From the NCBI GenBank assembly GCA_963843575.1, contig CAWJKZ010000013.1:256001-320000 (forward strand): a DNA stretch of 64,000 nucleotides. The letters are read 5' to 3'. This DNA is from an uncultured Acidobacteriota bacterium. GTDB taxonomy: Bacteria > Acidobacteriota > UBA6911. The notes under the pieces are model-generated. The model saw only the letters and a list, made by a program, of their open reading frames with translations. It was not told the origin of the DNA and ran no database searches. This document shows positions 36,482-46,248 of the stretch, piece after piece. Made by a program: the position numbers and the translations under genes. Within the stretch, counting starts at the first letter, position 1, and every line of letters starts with the position of its first letter.

Positions 36482-37303
36482 TCACTTCGCCATTTCCGGC
36501 GGGATGGGAAGGGTGACGGCGCCGGTGGCGGCCCACTCGGCTCCGCGGGTGAATGTCACCACGAAGGCCGGGGTCTGGACGGCCGGTATGTCGTGTCCCA
36601 GAGCGGTGGTGAACACCCTCCCTTTGCCATATTCCGTCGTCCAGAGCATCGGCTGATCGATCCCCGCGCCCGGAGTCGGCTGTTTAGCCTTGCCGCCGTA
36701 GAGGGCGTGATCGTCCCACGCGGTCGCGAGTACGTGGTAGGTGCCCGCTGGCTGCCAGCGGAGATTCGCGTACAGCTCGTCTTTCGGCTGGGGGAACGAC
36801 GCCTTCACCCCCCGGGTGATCGGGTGATCGGCGTCCTTGATGTCGACCGTGAAGTCGTGCCCCGCCGAGTGGTGACCGTTTCCAGGTCTCCAGTTGCCGG
36901 CCGATAGCTTCTCGTACTCGCCCCAGCCTTCGAACGCGGCGACGGAGAAGTGGTAGACGACGATGCCCTTTCCCGAGCGGGCAAAGTCCAGGAGTGCGTT
37001 GTCGGCCCGCTCACCCCAGCGCAATTCCGGCTTTTTCAGCTCGTAGTAGTTCAGGACGACCAGGTCGTAGGGGGCCAGGGTTTCCGGTCCGGCGCCCCGG
37101 AATTCCTCGGTGACCCGGACTGCGAACCTGCCGGTGTCTTCGAGTGCTTTGCGCAGCAGCGGGGTGGTGCCGCGCCAATCGTGCCCATTCTGTCCGGTGA
37201 TGATCAGGGTCTGAATTTTCGCGGGCCCGGACGGCGCCTGGGCGAAGAGGAAACAACCGAGCCCGAGGAGAACCGGGATCGCGATGACAATGCGCTTCTT
37301 CAT
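36482..37303 (-). CDS. ThuA-domain secreted protein
   Basis: Signal peptide, ITGQNGHDW, HPITRG, DELY, GKGRVFTTALGHD. Confidence 0.85.
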   Translation of the reverse strand: MKKRIVIAIPVLLGLGCFLFAQAPSGPAKIQTLIITGQNGHDWRGTTPLLRKALEDTGRFAVRVTEEFRGAGPETLAPYDLVVLNYYELKKPELRWGERADNALLDFARSGKGIVVYHFSVAAFEGWGEYEKLSAGNWRPGNGHHSAGHDFTVDIKDADHPITRGVKASFPQPKDELYANLRWQPAGTYHVLATAWDDHALYGGKAKQPTPGAGIDQPMLWTTEYGKGRVFTTALGHDIPAVQTPAFVVTFTRGAEWAATGAVTLPIPPEMAK

Positions 37304-37488
37304 GAGTTCCTCCCGAGGGTTTTGAGTCCGAGAAAACATGCCCACAGCCTAGCCCCGCTTCGGATTTATCGCCAGCAATTTGAATACCCCGCCCGGAGAA
37401 TCGGCGCGTCGGGGCGGGCGGCCTCGTGCTGAAAAAAGACACGAATTTATGCCACGTTACTACAGTATTATTGGTTCGGGGGTTTCCT

Positions 37489-38112
37489 ATGACCGGCTTG
37501 CAGAATCTGGGGTTCGTTCTCGGAACCTCGTTCGCTTCTGGTCTCAATTTGTACGCCACCATCTCGGTGCTGGGCCTGCTCCAACGCTTCGGCTTCGTCC
37601 GGTTGCCGCCGTCCCTCGAATTTGTGGCGCATCCCGTAGTGCTCGGCATCGCCCTGGCGCTCTACGTCGTCGAGTTCGTGGCGGACAAGATCCCGTACGT
37701 CGACACCGTGTGGGACACGATCCACACCTTCATCCGCCCGCCCGCAGCCGGCATCCTGGCCTACGCCTCGTTCGGCCAGGTGCCCGAAGCCTGGAGGGTC
37801 GCCGCCGGACTGCTCGCAGGGGGTGTGGCGCTGACATCGCACGGCACCAAGGCGACGGCACGCGTCGCTGCCAACACGAGCCCCGAACCGTTCAGCAACT
37901 CCATTCTGAGCCTTGGCGAAGACGGGCTCGCGATCTTCCTGGCCTGGCTGGCGGCGGAACACCCGTACCTCACCCTCTTTCTGGTCCTGGCGCTGCTCGC
38001 CGCCTCGACCTACCTGCTCGTAAAACTCTTCCGCTTCGCCAGGGTGGTGCTGCGACGTATTTTCCCCAGCGACGCGCCGGTTGCGGGGACGGCCCCGCCA
38101 GGCGCTGAATAG
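37489..38112 (+). CDS. DUF4126-like membrane protein
   Basis: ASGLNLYAT, EFVADKIPYVD, FIRPPA, SPEPFSN. Confidence 0.85.
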   Translation: MTGLQNLGFVLGTSFASGLNLYATISVLGLLQRFGFVRLPPSLEFVAHPVVLGIALALYVVEFVADKIPYVDTVWDTIHTFIRPPAAGILAYASFGQVPEAWRVAAGLLAGGVALTSHGTKATARVAANTSPEPFSNSILSLGEDGLAIFLAWLAAEHPYLTLFLVLALLAASTYLLVKLFRFARVVLRRIFPSDAPVAGTAPPGAE

Positions 38113-38243
38113 GCTGGAATAGAGGGATCGGAGCGAGAACGGCCGGGCCGCGTCGGGCCGCCGCGGCCCACTCTGCCGCCGGTGCCCACTCCGCTCCAAG
38201 CCAGCGCTTGACATTTTTTTCGGATTGTGTCGGATTGATCCGC

Positions 38244-39887
38244 ATGGCGGACGCACTCTCTGCGGACCTGTTGGTCATTGGCGGTGGCATCACCGGGGCG
38301 GGTATCGCACAAGACGCCGCTGCGCGGGGCATCAAGACTATCCTGGTCGACAAGAACGATTTCGCCTCCGGAACGAGTTCCCGCAGTTCCAAGCTGGTTC
38401 ACGGAGGATTGCGTTACCTCGAGCATTTCAGCCTCGGGTTGATGCGGGAATCGATCTCCGAAAGACACACGCTGGCGCGGCTCGCGCCCGGCCTGGTGCG
38501 CTGGTCCCCTTTTCTCCTCCCGTTCTATCGCGGCAGAACAAGCCGCTGGCTCTACTCGTCGGGCCTGTGGCTCTACGATCACCTCGCGCGCACCACGCGG
38601 GAGCGCAGGCACCACGTACTCGGCCCAACGGCCACGCTCGAGTTGGTTCCCGGGCTGCGCGCACAGGACCTCACGGGCGGCGCCCTCTTCTATGACTGCG
38701 TCACCGACGACGCGCGGCTGGTGCTCAGCCTGGTCCTGGATGCGCAGGCGCGGGGCGCCCGCGTCTACAACTATGCCGCGGCCGAGCAGCTGATCCTGCG
38801 TAACGGCCGCGTCGCCGGGGCGCTGATACGGGACGCTCTCACCGGGGAGTGCTGGGAGGCGAGGGCTGACCAGGTGATCGTGGCGGCGGGCCCCTGGACG
38901 GACCTGACCCTGCAGCGCCTGGGGAGAAGTTCGCGGCACGACCGGATCCGGCCCGCCAAGGGAGTCCACATTGTGCTTCGCGCCGGCCGCCTGCCGCTCC
39001 GACACACCACCCTGATCCCCTCGGCGCATGACAGGCGATTCCTCTTCGTCATCCCGTGGTATGAAGGGATCGTCGTCGGGACGACCGACACCGAATACCC
39101 CGGTGACCCGGATACCGTCGGCCCGGAGCGCGCCGACGTCGAGTATATCCTCGACGCGCTGAACTGGGCTTTCCCGAATGCCCACCTCGGCTTCCCCGAC
39201 CTGGTTTCGAGCTATGCCGGCATACGGCCGCTGATCAACGCCCCGGGCCGGAAGACCGCCGACGTCCCCAGGGAATACAAGGTCTTCGAGTTCGACGACG
39301 GCCTGATTTCCGTGGCAGGCGGCAAGCTGACGACGTACCGGGTGATGGCGAAAACGGTGGTCGACCGGATCGTGCGCCGCCTCAGGACGTTCGATCGCGA
39401 CCGGGCGCTGATGCCGAGCTGGACCCACCGTATCGCACTGGGCGCCGCCCCGGATGCCTCATTCAACCCTTTCTCCCACGTGGACCTGCCGGAGGACGTC
39501 CGCGACCACCTTGTCGCCGACTACGGGCTGTGGGCCCGCCAGATCGTCTCGATCCTGGAAGTCCACCCCGAGTGGAGCAGACGAATCGCGGATGGGCTGC
39601 CCTACATCCTCGCCGAAGCCTATTTTGCTGTCACGCGGGAGCGGGCTCGCACCCTCGTGGACGTCCTTGACCGGCGGACCCGGGTGACTCTGCTGGACCC
39701 CGGGCGGGGCGAATCGTCGCTCCAGCTGGTCTGCGACGTGGTGGCCGGCGCGCTTGGCTGGTCGGCCGAAGAGGCCGGCCGCCAGAAAGACGACTACATT
39801 GAAACCGTACGCCGGCAGTTCCCCGGGCCGCGCGAGTTCCAGCCCCGCGCCGACCCGGTGGGGACCCGTCCGCCCGATCGAGGATGA
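38244..39887 (+). CDS. glpD: FAD-dependent glycerol-3-phosphate dehydrogenase
   Basis: IGGGITGAG, GTSSRSSKLVHGGLRYL, DDARL, KGVHI, GGKLTTYR. Confidence 0.93.
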   Translation: MADALSADLLVIGGGITGAGIAQDAAARGIKTILVDKNDFASGTSSRSSKLVHGGLRYLEHFSLGLMRESISERHTLARLAPGLVRWSPFLLPFYRGRTSRWLYSSGLWLYDHLARTTRERRHHVLGPTATLELVPGLRAQDLTGGALFYDCVTDDARLVLSLVLDAQARGARVYNYAAAEQLILRNGRVAGALIRDALTGECWEARADQVIVAAGPWTDLTLQRLGRSSRHDRIRPAKGVHIVLRAGRLPLRHTTLIPSAHDRRFLFVIPWYEGIVVGTTDTEYPGDPDTVGPERADVEYILDALNWAFPNAHLGFPDLVSSYAGIRPLINAPGRKTADVPREYKVFEFDDGLISVAGGKLTTYRVMAKTVVDRIVRRLRTFDRDRALMPSWTHRIALGAAPDASFNPFSHVDLPEDVRDHLVADYGLWARQIVSILEVHPEWSRRIADGLPYILAEAYFAVTRERARTLVDVLDRRTRVTLLDPGRGESSLQLVCDVVAGALGWSAEEAGRQKDDYIETVRRQFPGPREFQPRADPVGTRPPDRG

Positions 39888-40798
39888 CCAAACTGTTCGT
39901 AATCGCTCACGGCAAACGGCAGGGCCCCGTCTGGGACCGCATCGTGCCCTTACTGCGGGCGTTAGCCGGGAACGCCGTTACCCTTCAGTTTACCTCGGGC
40001 CCTGGCGACGCGACCCGCATGGCGCGCGAGGCCATCGGCGCCGGGGCCGGGTGGATCGTGGCGGCCGGCGGCGACGGGACGTTCAACGAGGTCGTAAACG
40101 GCTATTTCGGCGGCGGCGGAGTTATCGAAGCCCGGACGCCCCTCAGCTTCCTCCCCTTTGGTTCCGGCAACGACTGGGTGCGGACGCTGGGAACGCCGCA
40201 GGACCCCCTGCGGGCCGCCGCGGCGCTGGAGGCCGCCCGCACGCGCCCCGTTGATGTGGCGGTTGCCCAATTCCGCAACCGACGAGGCGCGACGGAGCGG
40301 CGGGCGTTTCTGAATTTCGCGGAGGCAGGCGTCGGCGCGCAGTCCGTGCGGCACCTGAACCGCCTCCCCCAATGGGCCCGGACCGGCAGCGTATACCTCG
40401 TGACCGCCGTCGCAACCGCCTTCCCCTATCAACCGCGTGCCCTCGAACTCGCCTGCGACGGCGCGGCCCCATACGCGACCGAGCCCCTGCTCAGCCTGAT
40501 CGTCGCCAACGGACGCTTTTTCGGGGCAGGGATACAGTGCGCCCCAATGGCACAGCACGATGACGGCCTCCTCGACGTCATCACGATCGGCTCTTTCGGC
40601 ACTCTCGAAGTACTGCGCAAGGTCGGGACCTTTGTGCGCGGGTGCTACCTGGGCGAGAGCAAGGTAACCCACAGGACCGTGCGCTCCGTCGCGATAATGT
40701 CCGCATGGCCCGTGCCCTTCGAACTCGACGGCGACTTCGTGGGGACGCTGCCCGCGACCGTCACCGTCCTGCCCGGGGCACTCCAAATCAGGTGCTGA
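39884..40798 (+). CDS. Diacylglycerol kinase family lipid kinase
   Basis: AAGGDGTFNEVVNG, GSGND, NGRFFGAG, DG. Confidence 0.9.
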   Translation: MTKLFVIAHGKRQGPVWDRIVPLLRALAGNAVTLQFTSGPGDATRMAREAIGAGAGWIVAAGGDGTFNEVVNGYFGGGGVIEARTPLSFLPFGSGNDWVRTLGTPQDPLRAAAALEAARTRPVDVAVAQFRNRRGATERRAFLNFAEAGVGAQSVRHLNRLPQWARTGSVYLVTAVATAFPYQPRALELACDGAAPYATEPLLSLIVANGRFFGAGIQCAPMAQHDDGLLDVITIGSFGTLEVLRKVGTFVRGCYLGESKVTHRTVRSVAIMSAWPVPFELDGDFVGTLPATVTVLPGALQIRC

Positions 40799-41036
40799 TC
40801 TGGAGTGCGGCGCCTCGGCGACGCTAACCCATTTTTCGGGACGCGGATGCGCGCGGATCCCCACAGATCGACCTGGCGACAGGCCGCGGTCGATCCGCGT
40901 GAATCCGTTGGATCCGCGGAATCTGCGTTCTGTTTTGGCTTTTGTTTTTCAACGAGCGAGCAACGCAGTCAGCGGGCCGACGCGCTCCGTGTGAAGAATC
41001 ACCCAGTCGAAGATGCGTATGGTATCCTGCGACGTC

Positions 41037-42644
41037 ATGGCCTCCAGGCTCCAAGTCGCTCTCGCCGGCCTCCTGCTCTCCGGTCTCGCCTCGGGCGCGT
41101 CGCGGCGCGACGTCGCGGGGCTCAAGACGCGCCCCGAACGCACCGGCTACGCCGAGACCAGCCGCTATGACGACGTCAACGAGTATCTCAAGGCCGTCTC
41201 CGCAGCCTCGCCCCGCATTCGCCTGACCTCGTTCGGCTATTCGTTCGAGGGGCGGCCGCTTCCGCTGGCCGTTGTCGGAAAGACCGCGGACACGCGGCCC
41301 GAGTCGATCGCCGCGACTGGCAAGACGCGGGTCTACATCCAGGCGAACATCCACGCGGGCGAGGTGGAGGGCAAGGAGGCCATGCTCGAGCTTCTGCGCT
41401 CCGTCGCCTCGGGCGAGCACGCCGCATGGCTGGACTCGATGGTGCTCCTCGTTGCCCCGGTCTTCAACGCGGACGGCAATGAGCGGGTGAACCTGGCCAA
41501 CCGGCCCGCGCAGCATGGACCCGTCGGCGGGATGGGGCAGCGCGCGAATGCGCAGGACTACGACCTGAACCGCGACCACGTCAAGCTCGACTCGCCCGAG
41601 GCCCGCTCACTCGCCGACCTGCTCAACCGCTACGACCCGCACCTGACGATCGACCTGCACACGACCGACGGAACGCGGCACGCCTATCACCTGACCTACG
41701 AACCTCCGCTGCACCCGAACACGGACCCCGGGATCGTGGATTTTCTGCGGAAGGACCTCCTGCCGGAAGTCACGCGCGTCCTCAAGGACAGGGAGGGGTG
41801 GGATCTCTACTATTACGGCAATGTTCCGGGACGGAACTCCAGGCTGGAGCGCGCCTGGTACACGTCGGAGCCCCACCCGCGCTTCAACAACAACTACATC
41901 GGGTTGAGAAACCGGCCGGCCATCCTCAGCGAAGCCTACGCCTACCTCACGTTCGAGGAGCGCATCCGCGTCACGCGGCGGTTTGTCGAGGAGATATTGA
42001 ATTACGTGCAGATTCACGGTGAGCGACTGAGGCAACTGGTCCGCGAGGCGGATGTGCTGTCGGTCGTCGGACGGGAACTTGCCGTGCGCGCCGACCTGGA
42101 GCGGTCACCCGCTCCGGTCCGCATCCTGATGGGCGAGACCACGGAGGAACGGAATCCCTATACGGGCGCGGTAATGCTGCGCCGGCTCGACGTCAGGAGA
42201 CCGGAGATGATGCCCGAGTTCGGCACCTTCCGGGCGGCGGAGACCGTGCGTGCGCCGCGTGCCTACCTCGTCCCCGCGCGGCTGGCGCGGGTCGTCGATC
42301 GGCTGCAGGCCCACGGCATCCGGTTCACGCGACTCGCGAAGGCGGTCGTGTGGCCCGTGGAGCGGTTCCGCATCACCCGATCCGCCGTGGCGGAGCGCCC
42401 GTACCAGGGACACTACCAGAGGACGCTCGAAGGGGTGTGGGAGCCTCCCGGCGAGCAGCAGCTGCCGGCCGGCACGCTCGTAGTCCAGGTGGCGCAACCG
42501 CTCGGCCGCCTGGCGTTTTCCTTGCTGGAACCCCGTTCCGAAGACGGACTGCCCACGTGGAATTTCATGGACGACGAGCTCAAAGAGAACCAGGACTTTT
42601 ATCCGGTGTTCCGGATGCACGGCGAGCTGCCGGCTCCCCGTTGA
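41037..42644 (+). CDS. M14 family zinc carboxypeptidase
   Basis: IHAGEVEG (HxxE), NADG, DLNRD, DLH; signal-like N-terminus. Confidence 0.87.
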   Translation: MASRLQVALAGLLLSGLASGASRRDVAGLKTRPERTGYAETSRYDDVNEYLKAVSAASPRIRLTSFGYSFEGRPLPLAVVGKTADTRPESIAATGKTRVYIQANIHAGEVEGKEAMLELLRSVASGEHAAWLDSMVLLVAPVFNADGNERVNLANRPAQHGPVGGMGQRANAQDYDLNRDHVKLDSPEARSLADLLNRYDPHLTIDLHTTDGTRHAYHLTYEPPLHPNTDPGIVDFLRKDLLPEVTRVLKDREGWDLYYYGNVPGRNSRLERAWYTSEPHPRFNNNYIGLRNRPAILSEAYAYLTFEERIRVTRRFVEEILNYVQIHGERLRQLVREADVLSVVGRELAVRADLERSPAPVRILMGETTEERNPYTGAVMLRRLDVRRPEMMPEFGTFRAAETVRAPRAYLVPARLARVVDRLQAHGIRFTRLAKAVVWPVERFRITRSAVAERPYQGHYQRTLEGVWEPPGEQQLPAGTLVVQVAQPLGRLAFSLLEPRSEDGLPTWNFMDDELKENQDFYPVFRMHGELPAPR

Positions 42645-42668
42645 GCCGTGCCGCTGAAAGGAGAGAGT

Positions 42669-42977
42669 ATGTTGATCGTACACGTCCACGTTCGTGTCAA
42701 GCCCGACCGGGTTGCGGACTTCATTGCCGCCTCGGTTGAGAACGCGTCGCACAGCGTCGAGGAGCCGGGCATAGCCCGCTTCGACGTGGTGCAGCAGAGC
42801 GACGATCCATCCCGTTTCGTGCTGGTGGAAGTGTACCGGACGGCGCAGGACCCCGCTCGCCACAAGGAAACGAACCACTACCAGCGCTGGCGCGACGCCG
42901 TCGCGAACATGATGCAGGAGCCGCGCACCAGCGTGAAATACACCAACATGTTCCCCGACGAGAAGGGGTGGGGCTAG
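42669..42977 (+). CDS. ABM-domain (LsrG-like) protein
   Basis: [25 protein letters not shown]. Confidence 0.85.
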   Translation: MLIVHVHVRVKPDRVADFIAASVENASHSVEEPGIARFDVVQQSDDPSRFVLVEVYRTAQDPARHKETNHYQRWRDAVANMMQEPRTSVKYTNMFPDEKGWG

Positions 42978-42982
42978 ACACC

Positions 42983-44143
42983 ATGCAATTCGAGTTCGCA
43001 ACCGCGACGCGCATTCTGTTCGGCCCGGGGCGCCTGCGGGAGACCGCCCCCCTTGTCGCAGGGATGGGGCGCCGGGCCCTGCTGGTGACCGGAGGTTCGA
43101 CCACAGCCGCGGGAAGCCTCGAATCCGGTCTGCACGATGCAGGCGTCGAGAGCCAACGCTACTCCGTTTCCGTCGAACCCACGATCGAAATGATCGTCGA
43201 GGCGACGCGGCTGGCGCGTGCCGCCGGGACCGAGGTCGTGATCTCGATGGGAGGGGGGAGCGCGATCGACGCGGGCAAGGCTGTGGCTGCCCTGCTGGCC
43301 AACGGCGGCGACCTGCTCGACTACGTCGAAGTGATCGGGGCCGGCAAGAATATCGCGAGGCCGTCGGTTCCCTACGTCGCGATCCCGACCACCGCGGGGA
43401 CCGGCTCCGAAGTGACCCGCAACGCCGTCCTCGCATCCCCGGCCCACCGCGTCAAGGTGAGCCTGCGCAGCCCGCTCATGCTGGCCCGTCTCGCCGTGGT
43501 GGACCCTGAACTGACCAAGACGGTGCCCCCTCCCGTCACGGCGAGCACCGGACTCGACGCCCTCACGCAGCTCATCGAACCCTACGTCTGCAACGCGCCC
43601 AACCCGCTGACGGATGCGCTCTGCCGGGAGGGGATCGGCCGCGTCGCCCGTTCACTAAGGTGCGCGTACGGTGACGGCGCCGACATGGCAGCCCGGGAAG
43701 ACATGGCGCTCGCCAGCCTCTTCGGCGGCTTCGCCCTCGCCAACGCGCGACTCGGTGCCGTGCACGGTCTGGCCGCCCCCCTCGGAGGGATGTTTCCGGC
43801 CCCGCACGGCGCCGTGTGCGCGCGCCTGCTCCCGCTGGTGCTGCGGACCAACGTCCAGGCGCTCGATGCGCGGGCGCCCGGATCGTCGGCACTCCGGCGG
43901 TACAGGGAAGTCGCGCAGATCCTCACTGGGGACGACCGCGCAGCCGCCGAGGACGGCGCGACCTGGGTCGCGCGCCTTTGCGCGGACCTCGAGATCGCGC
44001 CGTTGTCCGATTACGGGCTGAGCGAAGCTGAAATCCCCGCCGTCGTCGGACAGTCCAGGAAAGCCAGCAGCATGAAGGGAAACCCGATCCCCCTTACCGA
44101 CGAGGAGATTGCCGGTATCCTGCGGCACAGCCTCGTTCCGTGA
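42983..44143 (+). CDS. Iron-containing alcohol dehydrogenase
   Basis: GGGSAIDAGKA, IPTTAGTGSEVT, DALTQ, GAVH, PHG. Confidence 0.92.
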   Translation: MQFEFATATRILFGPGRLRETAPLVAGMGRRALLVTGGSTTAAGSLESGLHDAGVESQRYSVSVEPTIEMIVEATRLARAAGTEVVISMGGGSAIDAGKAVAALLANGGDLLDYVEVIGAGKNIARPSVPYVAIPTTAGTGSEVTRNAVLASPAHRVKVSLRSPLMLARLAVVDPELTKTVPPPVTASTGLDALTQLIEPYVCNAPNPLTDALCREGIGRVARSLRCAYGDGADMAAREDMALASLFGGFALANARLGAVHGLAAPLGGMFPAPHGAVCARLLPLVLRTNVQALDARAPGSSALRRYREVAQILTGDDRAAAEDGATWVARLCADLEIAPLSDYGLSEAEIPAVVGQSRKASSMKGNPIPLTDEEIAGILRHSLVP

Positions 44144-44180
44144 GCTGTCGGATCCGCTGCGATTTCGTATGGAGCCATCC

Positions 44181-46169
44181 ATGCCGAACGTTCTCGAACT
44201 TCTCCGACTCACCCCGTCGCCACAGTCCGTCGACTATGTGACAGGCAAGCAGCAGTTCCACCTGTTCAACCTGCTGACCGAACAGCGGCACCCTCGCACC
44301 TGGAACCTGAGTTCGACGATCCAGTCCGACGTCGAGGTCGGCCTGCGGCTGCTTTTGTCGGTCGACGAGGACATCTCCCGGAGGTTTGCGGAGCTGGCCC
44401 GCGATCCCCGGGACCTGGAGCGGGCGGCCGCGGCCGTCGCCGACGCCCTCCGGAGCGGGCGCCGGATCTACGTCTACGGCTGCGGCGCCACCGGCAGGCT
44501 GGCGAAGCAGATGGAGAGCACCTTCTGGCGCCCGTTCTGGGCCGGGCTGCAGCATCATCCCCTGTGGTCCCGGCTGCGGCCGAAACTGCCCGCCAATGTC
44601 GGAGAGCTTCTCGTGGGCGAAATGACAGGAGCCGACCGCGCCCTCGTCAGCTCCCTCGAAGGCTTCGAGGACCTCCAACTGATCGGCAGGCTGCAGCTGG
44701 CCGATCACGGCATCGCCAGGGGTGACGTCGTGATTTGCGTGACCGAAGGGGGGGAAACTTCCTCGGTGATCGGGACGGCGCTGGCCGCGCTCGACCAGTA
44801 TGGGCCGCTGGACGACTCGGTTCGCGAGGAGGCCCGCAGACACCTGTATTTCGTCTACAACAACCCGGACGACGTGCTGCGGCCATTTCACCGCAGCGCG
44901 GCCGTGATCGACAACCCGGCGATCACTAAGATCAACCTGACGACCGGGCCCCAGGCGATCACAGGGTCCACCCGCCTGCAGGCTACCACCAGCGAGACGT
45001 TCGTGGTGGGGATCGTCCTGGAGGAAGCCATCGGAAGAGTGCTGGCCGAGACCCTCGAACCCGGTGAATTGCGGGAACTGGGCCTGGAACCGCGCGGGAT
45101 CGCCTCCAGGCTCTGCGATTTCGGCGCCGTCAAGGCCCGCGTCGACGACGCAGCGGCCGCCATGGCCCGGTTCACCGCCCTCGAGGCCGCAACCTATCGC
45201 CGCGGCCGGTTCGCGACCTATTTCGCCAAGACCGCCCTCATCACCGTCTTCATCGACAGCACCGAACGCAGCCCCACGTTCCGGCTGTTCCCCCTCGACA
45301 GGATCGACGACAAGGAGCGCCGCTGCTGGGTCCAGGTCTGGACCGAGGCATCCGATTCCAGCCAGGCATGGCGCACGTTCCTGGGGCGGCCTTTCAAGGG
45401 CCTCCATCCCTCGTCGTACCGCGAACCGTTCGAAACGCTCGTCGACGATCCTTACCTGAAAGAGGCAGCCCTGAAAAGCCTGCAGAACGCGGGCGACGAT
45501 CAGGAAATGCTCTACGATTTCTCCTTCGCGGCGCGAAACCTGACCACGCGCGGCCCGTCCGAGGGCGACCTTGGGGTGCTGGTTCTCGTGGACGGGGAAT
45601 TGAGGGAGATGGAACAGCCGGGCTCGGCCCCGCGACGCTTCCTCGAGCTGTTCCACCGGAAGGGCGGAAACGTGGCCGTGCTCCTCGTCACGGGCCCCGT
45701 ACCGGCCCACTCTACGGGCTCCCTGCAGGCGCTCCTCGGTCCGGGCGACTCGTTCACCCACATCGCACTGGACGAGGGACCGGACCCGCTGACCCTGAAG
45801 CGCCAGATCGCATTGAAAATGATGCTCAACGCCCACTCGACCGGCATTATGGCGGTGCTCGGTCGCGTGGTCGGAAACACCATGACAAACGTCAGCCCCA
45901 GCAACCTGAAGCTGATCGGCCGGGCCACGTACCTGGTCATGACGCACGTGAACGACGCGCTGCCCGGGGCCGTTACATTCGCCGAGGCCAACGCCGTTGT
46001 GATGGATGCGATCGAGTACGTGCGGGCCGAGCAGATGGGGCAGACCGCGGAGGTGGCGTTGAGCATCATCCGGATCGTGGAGGCCGTCCGGCGCGGCGCA
46101 TGCGTGAGCTGGCCGGAGGCGCGGCAGATCCTGGACGCGCAGGGCCTGGCCCAGTTTCTGCGACGCTGA
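44181..46169 (+). CDS. Large SIS-domain protein, MurQ/glucokinase-regulatory-protein-like
   Basis: [42 protein letters not shown]...GN.M......KL..RA; GGAG SD. Confidence 0.75.
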   Translation: MPNVLELLRLTPSPQSVDYVTGKQQFHLFNLLTEQRHPRTWNLSSTIQSDVEVGLRLLLSVDEDISRRFAELARDPRDLERAAAAVADALRSGRRIYVYGCGATGRLAKQMESTFWRPFWAGLQHHPLWSRLRPKLPANVGELLVGEMTGADRALVSSLEGFEDLQLIGRLQLADHGIARGDVVICVTEGGETSSVIGTALAALDQYGPLDDSVREEARRHLYFVYNNPDDVLRPFHRSAAVIDNPAITKINLTTGPQAITGSTRLQATTSETFVVGIVLEEAIGRVLAETLEPGELRELGLEPRGIASRLCDFGAVKARVDDAAAAMARFTALEAATYRRGRFATYFAKTALITVFIDSTERSPTFRLFPLDRIDDKERRCWVQVWTEASDSSQAWRTFLGRPFKGLHPSSYREPFETLVDDPYLKEAALKSLQNAGDDQEMLYDFSFAARNLTTRGPSEGDLGVLVLVDGELREMEQPGSAPRRFLELFHRKGGNVAVLLVTGPVPAHSTGSLQALLGPGDSFTHIALDEGPDPLTLKRQIALKMMLNAHSTGIMAVLGRVVGNTMTNVSPSNLKLIGRATYLVMTHVNDALPGAVTFAEANAVVMDAIEYVRAEQMGQTAEVALSIIRIVEAVRRGACVSWPEARQILDAQGLAQFLRR

Positions 46170-46233
46170 TCTGAGGCGCGGCGCATGCGTGAGCTGGCAC
46201 GAAGCGCGGCAGATCCTGGACGCACAGGGCTTG
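46090..46233 (+). repeat. 59-bp direct repeat duplicating the 3' end of the SIS gene
   Basis: 46090-46148 vs 46175-46233, 5 mismatches. Confidence 0.9.
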
Positions 46234-46248
46234 ATCTGGAGTGCGGGG

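Noticed and set aside
46090-46233. DGR VR/TR pair
   Set aside because: The mismatches are not confined to adenines (they include G/C and C/T), the repeat is short, and there is no RT.
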